Assembly (NCBI GenBank): GCA_026014565.1
Contig: JAOZIB010000018.1
Span: forward strand, 131,042 to 195,041
Direction: 5' to 3'
Source: Candidatus Bathyarchaeum sp.
GTDB taxonomy: Archaea > Thermoproteota > Bathyarchaeia > Bathyarchaeales > Bathyarchaeaceae
Length of the DNA stretch: 64,000 bases
A program made the translations under genes and the position numbers. The notes beneath the pieces were generated by a model, which was not told the origin of the DNA, did no database searches, and saw nothing but the letters and a program-made list of their open reading frames with translations. Shown in pieces: positions 1 to 8,556 of this stretch (positions are counted from its first letter, which is position 1; each line of letters begins with the position of its first letter).

Positions 1-1765
1 AGTCATTTCTACACGCCTCCTTTAATCCCCAACTTTCTGCTTCAACACGAGCTGCCCACATCCTAGAATACAGTCCCCGTTTCTGAAGCAGTTCATGATG
101 GACTCCGTTTTCAACAACCCTGCCCTTGTCTATCACATAGATTTGGTCGGCATTCACGATTGTTGCAAGCCTGTGAGCAATCACAATTACTGTCTTGTTT
201 TTCATTAACCGCGAAAACGCTTCCTGCATTTGCCTTTCGTTTTCTGCGTCTGCATAAGAAGTTGCTTCATCAAGAAGGATTACAGGAGGATTCTTCAGCA
301 GCACCCGTGCAAGAGAAATCCTCTGCTTTTCTCCACCACTTAAATGGGTTTCACCACCATCACCAATGACGGTGTCATAACCTTTTGGAAGCTTCATAAT
401 GAAATTGTGGCATGCTGCAGCTTTTGCTGCTTGTTCTATTTCTGTTCGTGAAACTTTTTTACCCATACTGATGTTGTTTGCTACGGTGTCTGTCAGGATG
501 TAAACGTCCTGAAACACTGTGCCTACGATTTTTGAAACGCCTTTTGTTCCGATTTCTTGGAGAGTTTTCCCTCCGATAGCAATTGAACCTTGTTTCACAT
601 CCCACATTCTAGCAATAAGGTTGACAAGAGTTGTTTTTCCTGCTCCTGAAGGACCAACAAACGCAGTGAAAGAGCCATGAGGCATCGTCATATTGATGTC
701 TGACAGAACAGTTGGTCCGTGTTTTTCGTACTGGAAAACCACATCTTTTAGTTTGATATCATAGTTTTCAGGAACCAGGGGCACATCGGGTTCAGATAAC
801 TGCTCGATTGTAAGTATTGTGTTAATTCGTTTTATTCCTACTTTGATAAATTCCATTCTTGTCCAAACCATCAAGACTTTCAAAAGACCGGCAAAACAAC
901 CTGTACCAAGAAGCATGAAGAACAAAATTGCAATAGGTTCAATACTACCGTTTTGGAGAAAATGAAGGGACACAGGAAGAATAAACAATCCACCAGAAAG
1001 AACAACCGAGGCAATCAAAGCACGGTAGGGAGCAACACCTTTTTGCCATAGAGTAACGATTTCCTTGTAGTCCATTATTGAGTTTTTTAGTTTTTGGAAC
1101 GTGTCGGCGGTGATGTTGAAAATTTTGATTACCGCCATTCCTCTTACAAACTCAAACATCCCCAAGTTCATTTTGCTTATTGCCTTGTGATAATTTTGAG
1201 TCATCGCTTTTCTGTCCTGACCCGTAAGAAACCCTTTTGTGGTCAATCTAAGCAATATGAGAACCACAACCAAGGGAATGGATGTAAAGATTGCAACTCT
1301 CCAGTCCACGGTAAACAGGTAAATGATTGTAGCGAAAGGAAGCACAAAAGCTGAAACGCCATCCGGAACCTGATGACCAATATATTCCTCTATAGTTTCA
1401 ACATCATCTTGTACAACTTTTAGCACCTGACTTGTGCCTTTATCGCTCCAAAATCCCATTGGAAGTTTTCCAATATGTTCCGTAAGCCGCATACGAATAC
1501 TGTATGTTAACCCAAAAGCGGTTTTATGACAACAAAATGACCCAAGAAACGCAAAAACATACCTTAACAGCAAAGCGACTAGTGCAAAGCCAAACAACTC
1601 TGTAATTTTTGACGATTCTATGCTTGAAGAAAGCAAAGAAAGTTTGATGATTTCAAATATCAATATGAAGGGTACAATCAGCAGTATGGAAGCCAGTGCA
1701 GAAAAAACTGCTCCAGCAATTAGGAAACCTCTTTTCTCTTTCACTAAAACAACAAAATCATTCAT
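1..1765 (-). CDS. ABC transporter, fused permease/ATPase (multidrug/lipid exporter type); 3' end runs off the window
   Basis: Absent from the ORF track because there is no stop inside the window. My reverse-strand translation from ATG at 1765 (GAGGTG SD-like at 1771-1776) gives an N-terminal TM region, Walker A GPSGAGKTT (~640-665), ABC signature LSGGEKQRISLARV (~305-350) and Walker B VILLDEATS (~270-300). The frame is open to position 2. Confidence 0.9.
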   Translation of the reverse strand, partial: MNDFVVLVKEKRGFLIAGAVFSALASILLIVPFILIFEIIKLSLLSSSIESSKITELFGFALVALLLRYVFAFLGSFCCHKTAFGLTYSIRMRLTEHIGKLPMGFWSDKGTSQVLKVVQDDVETIEEYIGHQVPDGVSAFVLPFATIIYLFTVDWRVAIFTSIPLVVVLILLRLTTKGFLTGQDRKAMTQNYHKAISKMNLGMFEFVRGMAVIKIFNITADTFQKLKNSIMDYKEIVTLWQKGVAPYRALIASVVLSGGLFILPVSLHFLQNGSIEPIAILFFMLLGTGCFAGLLKVLMVWTRMEFIKVGIKRINTILTIEQLSEPDVPLVPENYDIKLKDVVFQYEKHGPTVLSDINMTMPHGSFTAFVGPSGAGKTTLVNLIARMWDVKQGSIAIGGKTLQEIGTKGVSKIVGTVFQDVYILTDTVANNISMGKKVSRTEIEQAAKAAACHNFIMKLPKGYDTVIGDGGETHLSGGEKQRISLARVLLKNPPVILLDEATSYADAENERQMQEAFSRLMKNKTVIVIAHRLATIVNADQIYVIDKGRVVENGVHHELLQKRGLYSRMWAARVEAESWGLKEACRND

Positions 1766-1840
1766 TAGACCACCTCACCCTTTGCAGGTGTTTTCAGGCG
1801 TTCCACTTGCTTACCAATGTTATTTGACAATATTTATAGT

Positions 1841-1857
1841 TATCTATATCGACATGT
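1841..1857. promoter_or_regulatory. 17-bp box TATCTATATCGACATGT, copy 1; extends into the perfect 12-bp palindrome TCGACATGTCGA (1849-1860)
   Basis: Read directly. An identical 17-mer recurs exactly 100 bp downstream. It lies in the divergent ABC/PadR intergenic region next to the TATA-like TATTTATAG (1831-1839). Confidence 0.5.
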
Positions 1858-1914
1858 CGAACTAGATATGTTTTATATTCTTGAGGCAATAAAATCGGAT
1901 AAACCATCACGGAA

Positions 1915-2445
1915 ATGTTTATACCCACTGATAACAAATATATCTATATCGACATGTTTGGTCGTGGTTTCATGATTAAAGGCTTACTGAAAATGTGCAT
2001 GCTAAAAATAATTTCCTTGAAGAACGTTAGCGGATATCAAATAATAAAAAAAGTGGAAATGCTAATCGGTGAAAAACCCAGCACAGGGTCTGTTTATCCG
2101 TTGTTAAAATCTATGCAAGACCAAGGTTGGATAGTTGGAAAAAAGGAAGGAAACAAGACTCTGTATAGCATCACTGACTGTGGGAAAGAAATCGTTCAAA
2201 AACACGATAAATTGAAAGCGCATATTACTCAGAAAGTCCGCGAATCAATTCTACTGGCTCATAACACCTTTGAAGACTTCACAGTAGCCTTATCAAAAGA
2301 CTTCCACCTTGCCTTCATTAACAACCTGGACCTTTTAAGCCCCCTCATCAGCGAAATTTCAAGACTTCAGGCAGAAAGTGTAGACATGGATAAAATCAAA
2401 GAAGTTATCTCTAACGCAAAAGACGAACTACAAAAACTGAAGTAG
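1915..2445 (+). CDS. PadR-family winged-helix transcriptional regulator
   Basis: The ORF translation contains SGYQIIKKVE...STGSVYPLLKSMQDQGWIVGKKEGNKTLYSITDCGKE, typical of the PadR wHTH. The true start may be the in-frame ATG at 1954 or 1972. Confidence 0.8.
   Translation: MFIPTDNKYIYIDMFGRGFMIKGLLKMCMLKIISLKNVSGYQIIKKVEMLIGEKPSTGSVYPLLKSMQDQGWIVGKKEGNKTLYSITDCGKEIVQKHDKLKAHITQKVRESILLAHNTFEDFTVALSKDFHLAFINNLDLLSPLISEISRLQAESVDMDKIKEVISNAKDELQKLK
1941..1957. promoter_or_regulatory. 17-bp box TATCTATATCGACATGT, copy 2
   Basis: Identical to 1841-1857. It overlaps the alternative ATG (1954) of the PadR-like gene. Confidence 0.5.
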
Positions 2446-2480
2446 ACCAATTTTGGTCCGAAAAGTGTCTTGAAAGCTTG

Positions 2481-3749
2481 ATGCACTCACGATTGGCGGC
2501 GCAAATAATGGGGAAAACCGTAGACACAAACCGAAACAAGCAACGATTCAGAGTTTCTCCTAACTTTCTTATTGCCATGACAGTTTTCATAGACATGACA
2601 GGCTTTGGAATGGTGATTCCCCTTATCCCCTTTTTCGCATCAACATTCAATGTTGGAGCGTTCTGGATTGGAATACTCACCGCCGCATTTTGTGTGATGC
2701 AATTTATCTTTTCACCGATGTTAGGACTGTTATCAGACAATATGGGAAGAAAACCAATTCTCGTTGCCTCAATTCTTGTTTCTAGCACAAGCTTCATTCT
2801 TTTCACAGTGGCAGACTCTTTTGTTTTGCTTCTTCTCTCCAGAGTAATTGCGGGAATAGCAACAGAAGGAGCCGTAGCACAAGCATACATTGCAGATATA
2901 ACGGATACAAAAGAAAGAACCAAAGGACTGGGCAGAGTAAGCGCCGCCCATGGAGCAGGGCTAATAATCGGACCATCCATCGGAGGCTCATTAAGCATTT
3001 TTGGTTTCTGGGCACCTGGAATCGCCGCCGTTGCATTGACCCTGTTGAATCTGCTGTTTGTTTTGTTCTTTCTACCTGAAACCGTAAAGCATAAGCAACC
3101 GAGCAAGAAAGTGAGCAGTTTACAGTACTTTTATGAGCTTCCGAAAAACATGAAAGAAATGTTTTTGCGACCCCAGATAGGGCTAGTGTTAGCGATTTTC
3201 TTCATTCAAGGAGTTGCCCATTCAACAATTCCAGTTATTTTGCCATTACTTGGTTCAACTCTTTTCGGGTTTGGAACAGTTGAAATGTCTTACCTGTTCA
3301 TGTTTATCGGTTTAACAGAAATCGTGTTGCAGGGATTCGTAATCGCAAAAGTTGCACAAAAACTTGGCGACACCAAACTCATTGCAACAGGAACATTTCT
3401 AATGACTGCAGGAATGCTGATTGTACCTCTGACTTCAAACTTTTTTGTCTTTATGATTTCCGTTACTATGATAGCGTGTGGTATAGGAACCCTGTTAACG
3501 GCAGTTAGAAGTTATGTTTCCAAACAAAGCACCGCAACCGAACAAGGAAACTGCATGGGAATGCTTAACTCGGTGTCAAGCATTGGAACAATTTTGGGCC
3601 CGCTTATGGGCGGATTCCTCTTTGACTTTTCAGGACCAATCACACCATTCTTTCTAAATGTAACCATATTGACAGTAGCATTTGCCTTCAGCATCAAAAT
3701 AATCCAAAACACCAAAAAAGACAGGGAGGAAACACTCCAAAATGAATAA
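2481..3749 (+). CDS. MFS transporter (drug/H+ antiporter-like)
   Basis: About 12 hydrophobic segments. MFS loop motif LSDNMGRKPIL between TM2 and TM3. The track ORF starts at TTG 2478, and the ATG at 2481 is more likely. Confidence 0.85.
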   Translation: MHSRLAAQIMGKTVDTNRNKQRFRVSPNFLIAMTVFIDMTGFGMVIPLIPFFASTFNVGAFWIGILTAAFCVMQFIFSPMLGLLSDNMGRKPILVASILVSSTSFILFTVADSFVLLLLSRVIAGIATEGAVAQAYIADITDTKERTKGLGRVSAAHGAGLIIGPSIGGSLSIFGFWAPGIAAVALTLLNLLFVLFFLPETVKHKQPSKKVSSLQYFYELPKNMKEMFLRPQIGLVLAIFFIQGVAHSTIPVILPLLGSTLFGFGTVEMSYLFMFIGLTEIVLQGFVIAKVAQKLGDTKLIATGTFLMTAGMLIVPLTSNFFVFMISVTMIACGIGTLLTAVRSYVSKQSTATEQGNCMGMLNSVSSIGTILGPLMGGFLFDFSGPITPFFLNVTILTVAFAFSIKIIQNTKKDREETLQNE

Positions 3750-4365
3750 TGATATGGGCAACAGACGGAGCCTCAATATTGATGAATTAAACGGACGTAG
3801 ACACGGCAAAAGCAGCTACCACATGCATGACCCCCAACTTGTTTTCAACGAACTCCAACTAAAAGAAGGCGACCATTTTCTTGATTTGGGTTGCGGACTA
3901 GGAGATTACGCGTTGCATGCTTCAAGAATTGTTGGCGATTCTGGACGGGTATACGCCTTAGAGAAGTCACAAACATTGGTTGAAGTCTTAACAGATCGGA
4001 CCAATTCTAAAGGAATCAACAACATTGAAGCGATTGTTTCGGACATTACCAATCCATTAGCAATCGAAGAAAAATGCATTGATGTTTGTTTCATGTCTAC
4101 TGTGCTCCACATAATTGGTCTGGGTAAGGACGGAAAAACGTTATTTGACGAAGTTCATCGGGTTTTAAAAAAGGATGGGCGACTATCAATTATTAACTGT
4201 AAAAAGGAGGCACAGCCCTTTGGACCACCCCTGTACATGCGCTTGTCACCAGCAGAAGTCGAAGAAGCCACAAAACAGCACGGTTTTGAAAAAACACACC
4301 TAGTTGACCTCGGATACAACTACATGATAACATTCCAGAAACAAAAAACACAAAAAATTAACTAA
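3742..4365 (+). CDS. Class I SAM-dependent methyltransferase
   Basis: Motif I FLDLGCGLGDY and post-I/II pattern VYALE...DVCFMSTVLHI...LKKDGRL. Overlaps the MFS stop by 8 nt. Confidence 0.8.
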   Translation: MNNDMGNRRSLNIDELNGRRHGKSSYHMHDPQLVFNELQLKEGDHFLDLGCGLGDYALHASRIVGDSGRVYALEKSQTLVEVLTDRTNSKGINNIEAIVSDITNPLAIEEKCIDVCFMSTVLHIIGLGKDGKTLFDEVHRVLKKDGRLSIINCKKEAQPFGPPLYMRLSPAEVEEATKQHGFEKTHLVDLGYNYMITFQKQKTQKIN

Positions 4366-4370
4366 ATAAT

Positions 4371-4392
4371 AATGGTGTGGGAAGTGGGATTC
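4371..4392 (-). repeat. Partial copy of the tRNA-Leu 3' end (att-like direct repeat)
   Basis: AATGGTGTGGGAAGTGGGATTC matches AATGGTGCGGGGAGTGGGATTC at 5313-5334 in 20 of 22 positions, in the same orientation. Confidence 0.6.
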
Positions 4393-5274
4393 ACACATTG
4401 TTTTGTTAATAAAAAATTTATGTTATGAATTGAGAACGCATTCTAAAGCAAACGTAGTGGTAACTCGGATGCCATCATTTATGCGGGGCAATATGACTAA
4501 TTAATTAATCTCGGTGTATGAATCATCAAAAGACAGCTAAGAGTTGAAAAGTCGAGCTTTTATTAGCTTATTACGGGAGTAGAAGGGGCGCCTCAAAAAG
4601 GGGTAGCTTCTGCAAAGCTTCGAGGAGTCATTTGACCTTCGCTGATTTTGAATAGACACACAGCATATATGTCCAAATATGGACAAAAATTATACTGTTC
4701 GCGAAGGGCAAATCACAAGAGGGTTAAGTCACTAAAAAGCTTGTTTTAGACCCTGACAACTTATCAGCTTCCAAAAAATGCCCTATTCAATAAATGGAAC
4801 TTTTTTTAAGACATTTGAGAAGTAGTCGGACAATTACTGTGGAGAAGAAAACTACTACTTCTAATAGGGTTAAAATTGTCTGCAAAACAAATAATCAAAA
4901 TCATTCTGAAACCCCCCTAAACAAAGCAAGTCTTCATTGAAAACTACAAAATCCACGACTAAATCAAATACACTTCCGTACCTTCCGTCACTGGAAAGCC
5001 ACCATTGAACACTCCCCAAACCAAAGACAGCAAAGAAGCAAGACAACTAATAGAAACGGATTCGAACACATCTGACCACACCCACCGAAATAATGCTCTT
5101 CCGTAAACGCAAATGACCCCCAAAATGTGACTTAAGTGTTAGGTGAAGTGAAAAGTGGGCTTGGAGAGATTTGACCCCTATTCAGTGATTTCGCCCGTAA
5201 CTTCCCCTTTTTTTGTGTTTTTCAGTAATTTCTCTTGGAGGCAGGCACCAAAAGTGAGGAATTTATTCCAAAGT

Positions 5275-5295
5275 GCAGGGAGAGGGATTCTGACC
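5275..5295 (-). repeat. Degenerate copy of the tRNA-Leu T-arm/acceptor 3' segment
   Basis: The reverse complement GGTCAGAATCCCTCTCCCTGC matches tRNA GGTTCGAATCCCACTCCCCGC in 17 of 21 positions. It sits 20 bp downstream of the real tRNA 3' end. Confidence 0.5.
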
Positions 5296-5314
5296 TTAAT
5301 TTACTAGAGTAAAA

Positions 5315-5402
5315 TGGTGCGGGGAGTGGGATTCGAACCCACGAACTCCTACGAGACAGGCTCCTGAAGCCTGCGCCTTTGACCTGGCTCGGCGACCCCC
5401 GC
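5315..5402 (-). tRNA. tRNA-Leu (anticodon CAG), class II with long variable arm, CCA encoded
   Basis: Hand-folded cloverleaf. Acceptor GCGGGGG/CCCCGC(A)CCA, 3-bp D stem, anticodon stem CAGGC/GCCTG with loop TTCAGGA, long variable arm, and T arm GTGGG-TTCGAAT-CCCAC. Confidence 0.95.
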
Positions 5403-5470
5403 TCCTTTGTTTCAAAGTTCTAATCTTCCTTAAGTGTTTTTTTGCTCAAGCTTTGAGCTTAAATGCCTAG

Positions 5471-6325
5471 ATGAGTATGTCATTAATTAAAGAAACAGGT
5501 GTGAAAAAAATGACGGAGTGGTTGAAAATAATACAAGAATGCGCACAAGAAATGAAAAAAGCAGCCCAGAAATATTATGGCTCACCTGAAGAGGCAGAAA
5601 GCTTCACAGTGGGAGCAGGGGGCGACCGTTCAAAAAAGATTGATTTAGCCGCAGAAAAAGCCTTGATAGATTGCCTGAACAAGCATGAAGTGTCATGTAC
5701 CTTGGTTAGTGAAGAAGCAGGAACTAAAAAAATCGGAAAAGAGTCTTCAGAATACTATGTTGTAACTGATCCCGTAGATGGAACAACAAATGCTGTGCAC
5801 GGTTTGCCGTTCTGTGCCCATGTTGTCGCAGTTGCAAATGGCCCATACCTGAAAAACGTGGAAACAGCCATCGTATCCGACATAGTTCACGACATAACCT
5901 ACACTGCACAAAAAAATAAGGGCGCATTCAAGAACGGAAAACCAATTTATCCGTCAAAAGTTACAAACATCGCAGATGCAGTGATTGGTGTGGATTTAAA
6001 CACCATCAAAATTGAAGAGTTTGTACCCAAACTGAAAGGATTGTTTAGTGTTGGAAAACATTTCCGACATTTTGGAGCCAATGCTCAAGAAATCTGTTAT
6101 GTTGCAGATAGCTCTACTGACGCTTTTGTCGACATCAGAGGAAAACTGCGAGTAACAGACATGGTTTCGTCGTACCTTATCCTACAAGAAGCTGGCGGAA
6201 TTATGGTAACACCAGAAGGAACAGAACTTAATGTGCCCCTGAAGGCGACACAACGGGTTTCCTTTGTTGCGGCAGCAAATAAGGAACTGCATGAATCCGT
6301 CATTAATGCACTAACCAGTAACTAG
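5471..6325 (+). CDS. Inositol monophosphatase / fructose-1,6-bisphosphatase family protein
   Basis: IMPase motifs VSEE, VVTDPVDGTTNAVHGLPF and a WD/GG-like C-terminal region (LILQEAGG). Confidence 0.8.
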   Translation: MSMSLIKETGVKKMTEWLKIIQECAQEMKKAAQKYYGSPEEAESFTVGAGGDRSKKIDLAAEKALIDCLNKHEVSCTLVSEEAGTKKIGKESSEYYVVTDPVDGTTNAVHGLPFCAHVVAVANGPYLKNVETAIVSDIVHDITYTAQKNKGAFKNGKPIYPSKVTNIADAVIGVDLNTIKIEEFVPKLKGLFSVGKHFRHFGANAQEICYVADSSTDAFVDIRGKLRVTDMVSSYLILQEAGGIMVTPEGTELNVPLKATQRVSFVAAANKELHESVINALTSN

Positions 6326-6373
6326 CAGACAGCTTCGAAAGATTTAATCAAGTCCAAAACATATGTAAAGTAG

Positions 6374-7006
6374 GTGAAATTGATGTCAGGGGACGATTTA
6401 CCTGAATGGTTTAAGAAACGAAAAAGACGATCTCCATTTTTTGGAAACTGGTTCTTCGGGGACATCGAAGACATGATGCGAGAAATGGAGGAAATGATGG
6501 AACAAAATTTTGAACAGTTCCGAACCCACATTCCCGAAGAAATGAAGCGCGAACGCAAACTTCCAGATGGCTCAACAGTGCCTGAGTGGGGGCCATTTGT
6601 TTATGGATACAGCATGACCATTGGACCAGACGGTAAACCAAAAATCCGAGAATTTGGGAACGTTAAACCTGCAAACGATACAGAAAGGTGTGGAATAAAC
6701 AAACCCTGCCTTGACGTGAAACAAGAGCGAGAACCCCTTGTAGACATTGTGGACATAGAAAAGGAAATCAAAGTCATTGCAGAACTGCCAGGAGTTGCAA
6801 AAGAAGAAATCAAACTTTCTGGAACCCCAGAGGCACTAACTATTTCTGTGGATACTCCTCAGCGCAAATACTATAAACAAATTGATATTCCATCAAAGAT
6901 TGATCCCAAAAAAGCAAAAACGTCTTACAAAAATGGGGTATTAGAAGTTACATTGCCCAAAATTAAGGAAGAACAAACAAACGGTGAACCAATAAAAGTT
7001 GAGTAA
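6374..7006 (+). CDS. Small heat-shock protein, Hsp20/alpha-crystallin family, with long N-terminal extension
   Basis: C-terminal ACD: VDIVDIEKEIKVIAELPGVAKEEIKLS...KTSYKNGVLEVTLPK. Confidence 0.85.
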   Translation: MKLMSGDDLPEWFKKRKRRSPFFGNWFFGDIEDMMREMEEMMEQNFEQFRTHIPEEMKRERKLPDGSTVPEWGPFVYGYSMTIGPDGKPKIREFGNVKPANDTERCGINKPCLDVKQEREPLVDIVDIEKEIKVIAELPGVAKEEIKLSGTPEALTISVDTPQRKYYKQIDIPSKIDPKKAKTSYKNGVLEVTLPKIKEEQTNGEPIKVE

Positions 7007-7056
7007 TGCTTCAAATACAGAAAAGGCAATAACCGGCCTACTAGATAATTGGGTTA

Positions 7057-7467
7057 ATGAAAATCTCCAAAGAAGTCAAGTTGCTTCAAAAAGTTTGTGA
7101 AGAGGCAAAAACTAAGGGCGAACTAACAGAAGAGCAACTAACTCAATTGTCACAGGCTTTTGGTTCACGGTTTACAAAGGCGTGGGATGCTATACAAGGG
7201 GAGCGGGTGAAAAAGTACATTTTCAGTCCCAGCGGCATAGTTGTTTGGATTGTTGTAGGCAGAGAGAGGGAATACCAAATTATGCCTGAAGCAGGTTTTT
7301 GTTCATGTGACGATTTTTATTTTCGGGTAATGGACAGAGAAGCAAACATTTGCTATCATCTTATTGCCCAAAAAGTTGCAGATGAGTTAGGGCTTTACGA
7401 TAAAATCGAAGAAGAAGACAGACTCTACAACTGCCTGATAGAAGAGTGGAAAAGGGCATCAGCTTAA
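7057..7467 (+). CDS. SWIM zinc-finger domain protein
   Basis: CxCx(n)CxH pattern in GFCSCDDFYFRVMDREANICYHLIAQK. Confidence 0.6.
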   Translation: MKISKEVKLLQKVCEEAKTKGELTEEQLTQLSQAFGSRFTKAWDAIQGERVKKYIFSPSGIVVWIVVGREREYQIMPEAGFCSCDDFYFRVMDREANICYHLIAQKVADELGLYDKIEEEDRLYNCLIEEWKRASA

Positions 7468-7508
7468 ATAGTTCACATTCAATTAGTTAGACCACAGGAG
7501 AATTTAAC

Positions 7509-7628
7509 ATGACACCAGACGGTTATTTCGGTTGGATACTCGTCGGATTATCAGCATTGATTTTTGTAGCATTGGTTCTAGGATTCTTATACATGGTTTA
7601 TGGCAAAGACGAAACCGAGGAAGACTAA
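7509..7628 (+). CDS. Possible 39-aa single-pass membrane peptide (below the ORF-track cutoff)
   Basis: AGGAGA lies 7 nt upstream of the ATG. Translation is MTPDGYFGWILVGLSALIFVALVLGFLYMVYGKDETEED, one hydrophobic helix plus an acidic tail. The antisense 67-aa track ORF 7504..7707 looks spurious. Confidence 0.3.
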   Translation: MTPDGYFGWILVGLSALIFVALVLGFLYMVYGKDETEED

Positions 7629-7737
7629 CCAATCCTTTTGGTTTATCTTTGTAGAATAAACAAATAACCACAAAGTAATCAGCCAGACCAACAAAGGTTG
7701 GAATCAAAATTAGTTACGGTCAGTTCAGTGAAGCAAC

Positions 7738-8553
7738 ATGGGTTTAGAAGAAATAATCAACCAAATTTTATCCATTCGTTGTGAGCTTAACCGTGAACAA
7801 ATTTTTGAAAAGATTAAAACCAAAAAAGCCGAAGCTGGAAACTTTTTAACAGATCAAACTGCAGCAAGGATTGTTGCTTCTGAACTTGGAGTGGAAATTT
7901 CCAAGAAAAAGTTTAGTCTGAAAATTCAAATCAAGGATATTATGTCGGGTTTAAATGATGTTTCTTTGACTGGAAAGGTTGTTTCTGTTTATCCAGTTAG
8001 GACATTCAAGCGCAAAGATTGGACAGAGGGAAAACTTGGCAGCTTTGTTGTTTCAGATGAAACGGGAGCCGTAAGAGTGGTGTTATGGGATAACAAAGCA
8101 GACTTGCTTGAGGACGGCCGAATTCAAAAAGACCAACAAGTTACTGTTTCTCACGCTTATGTTCGGCAAGGACAGGACGGGAAAGCCGAACTGCATCTTG
8201 GTGACAAGGGAACGGCCAAAATTGTTAATGAACCATCAAGAAAATTAGCAGAAATAATCCAAGAAGGAGGACCAATAACCGTTGAAGGCACAGTCACATC
8301 AAAACCGGTTATACGAGAAGTTACAACAGCACGAAATGAAAAAGTTGCAGTTTGTAATTTTGATTTAAGTGACCAAACAGGCAAACTCAGAGTTACAGCA
8401 TGGCGAAACTTGGCACAAACAGCTAAAGATTTGTCTGTAGGAACAAGAATAAAAATGCGAAACATTTACGCAAAAAAAGGCTACGAAAACAGAATGGAGA
8501 TTTCTTCGCGATATTCCTCAATTATTGAAGTCTTAAAACAAAAAGAAGAGTAG
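7738..8553 (+). CDS. RPA-like single-stranded DNA-binding protein (two OB folds)
   Basis: N-terminal region ...LTDQTAARIVASELGVEI, then two repeats of the pattern V.L.G.V......F.....G....F.V.DETG.VRV..W, typical of archaeal RPA OB folds. Confidence 0.6.
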   Translation: MGLEEIINQILSIRCELNREQIFEKIKTKKAEAGNFLTDQTAARIVASELGVEISKKKFSLKIQIKDIMSGLNDVSLTGKVVSVYPVRTFKRKDWTEGKLGSFVVSDETGAVRVVLWDNKADLLEDGRIQKDQQVTVSHAYVRQGQDGKAELHLGDKGTAKIVNEPSRKLAEIIQEGGPITVEGTVTSKPVIREVTTARNEKVAVCNFDLSDQTGKLRVTAWRNLAQTAKDLSVGTRIKMRNIYAKKGYENRMEISSRYSSIIEVLKQKEE

Positions 8554-8556
8554 ACA

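Noticed and set aside
2411-3106. Long antisense track ORFs inside well-supported genes. Examples: 2411..3106 (-), 10840..11337 (-), 12535..12903 (-), 16497..16955 (+), 46225..46785 (+), 48097..48522 (-), 54405..54995 (-), 55095..55622 (-).
   Set aside because: Each lies opposite a gene with clear family motifs (MFS, POR subunits, SRP54, PpsA and others). Their translations are low-complexity or Cys/Ser/Arg-rich with no recognisable domains. These are typical shadow ORFs.
4541-4557. GAGTTGAAAAGTCGAGC as a possible RNase P RNA CR-I motif (GAGGAAAGUCC).
   Set aside because: I found none of the other conserved RNase P regions (CR-II to CR-V) nearby, and the surrounding sequence is AT-rich with little helix potential.
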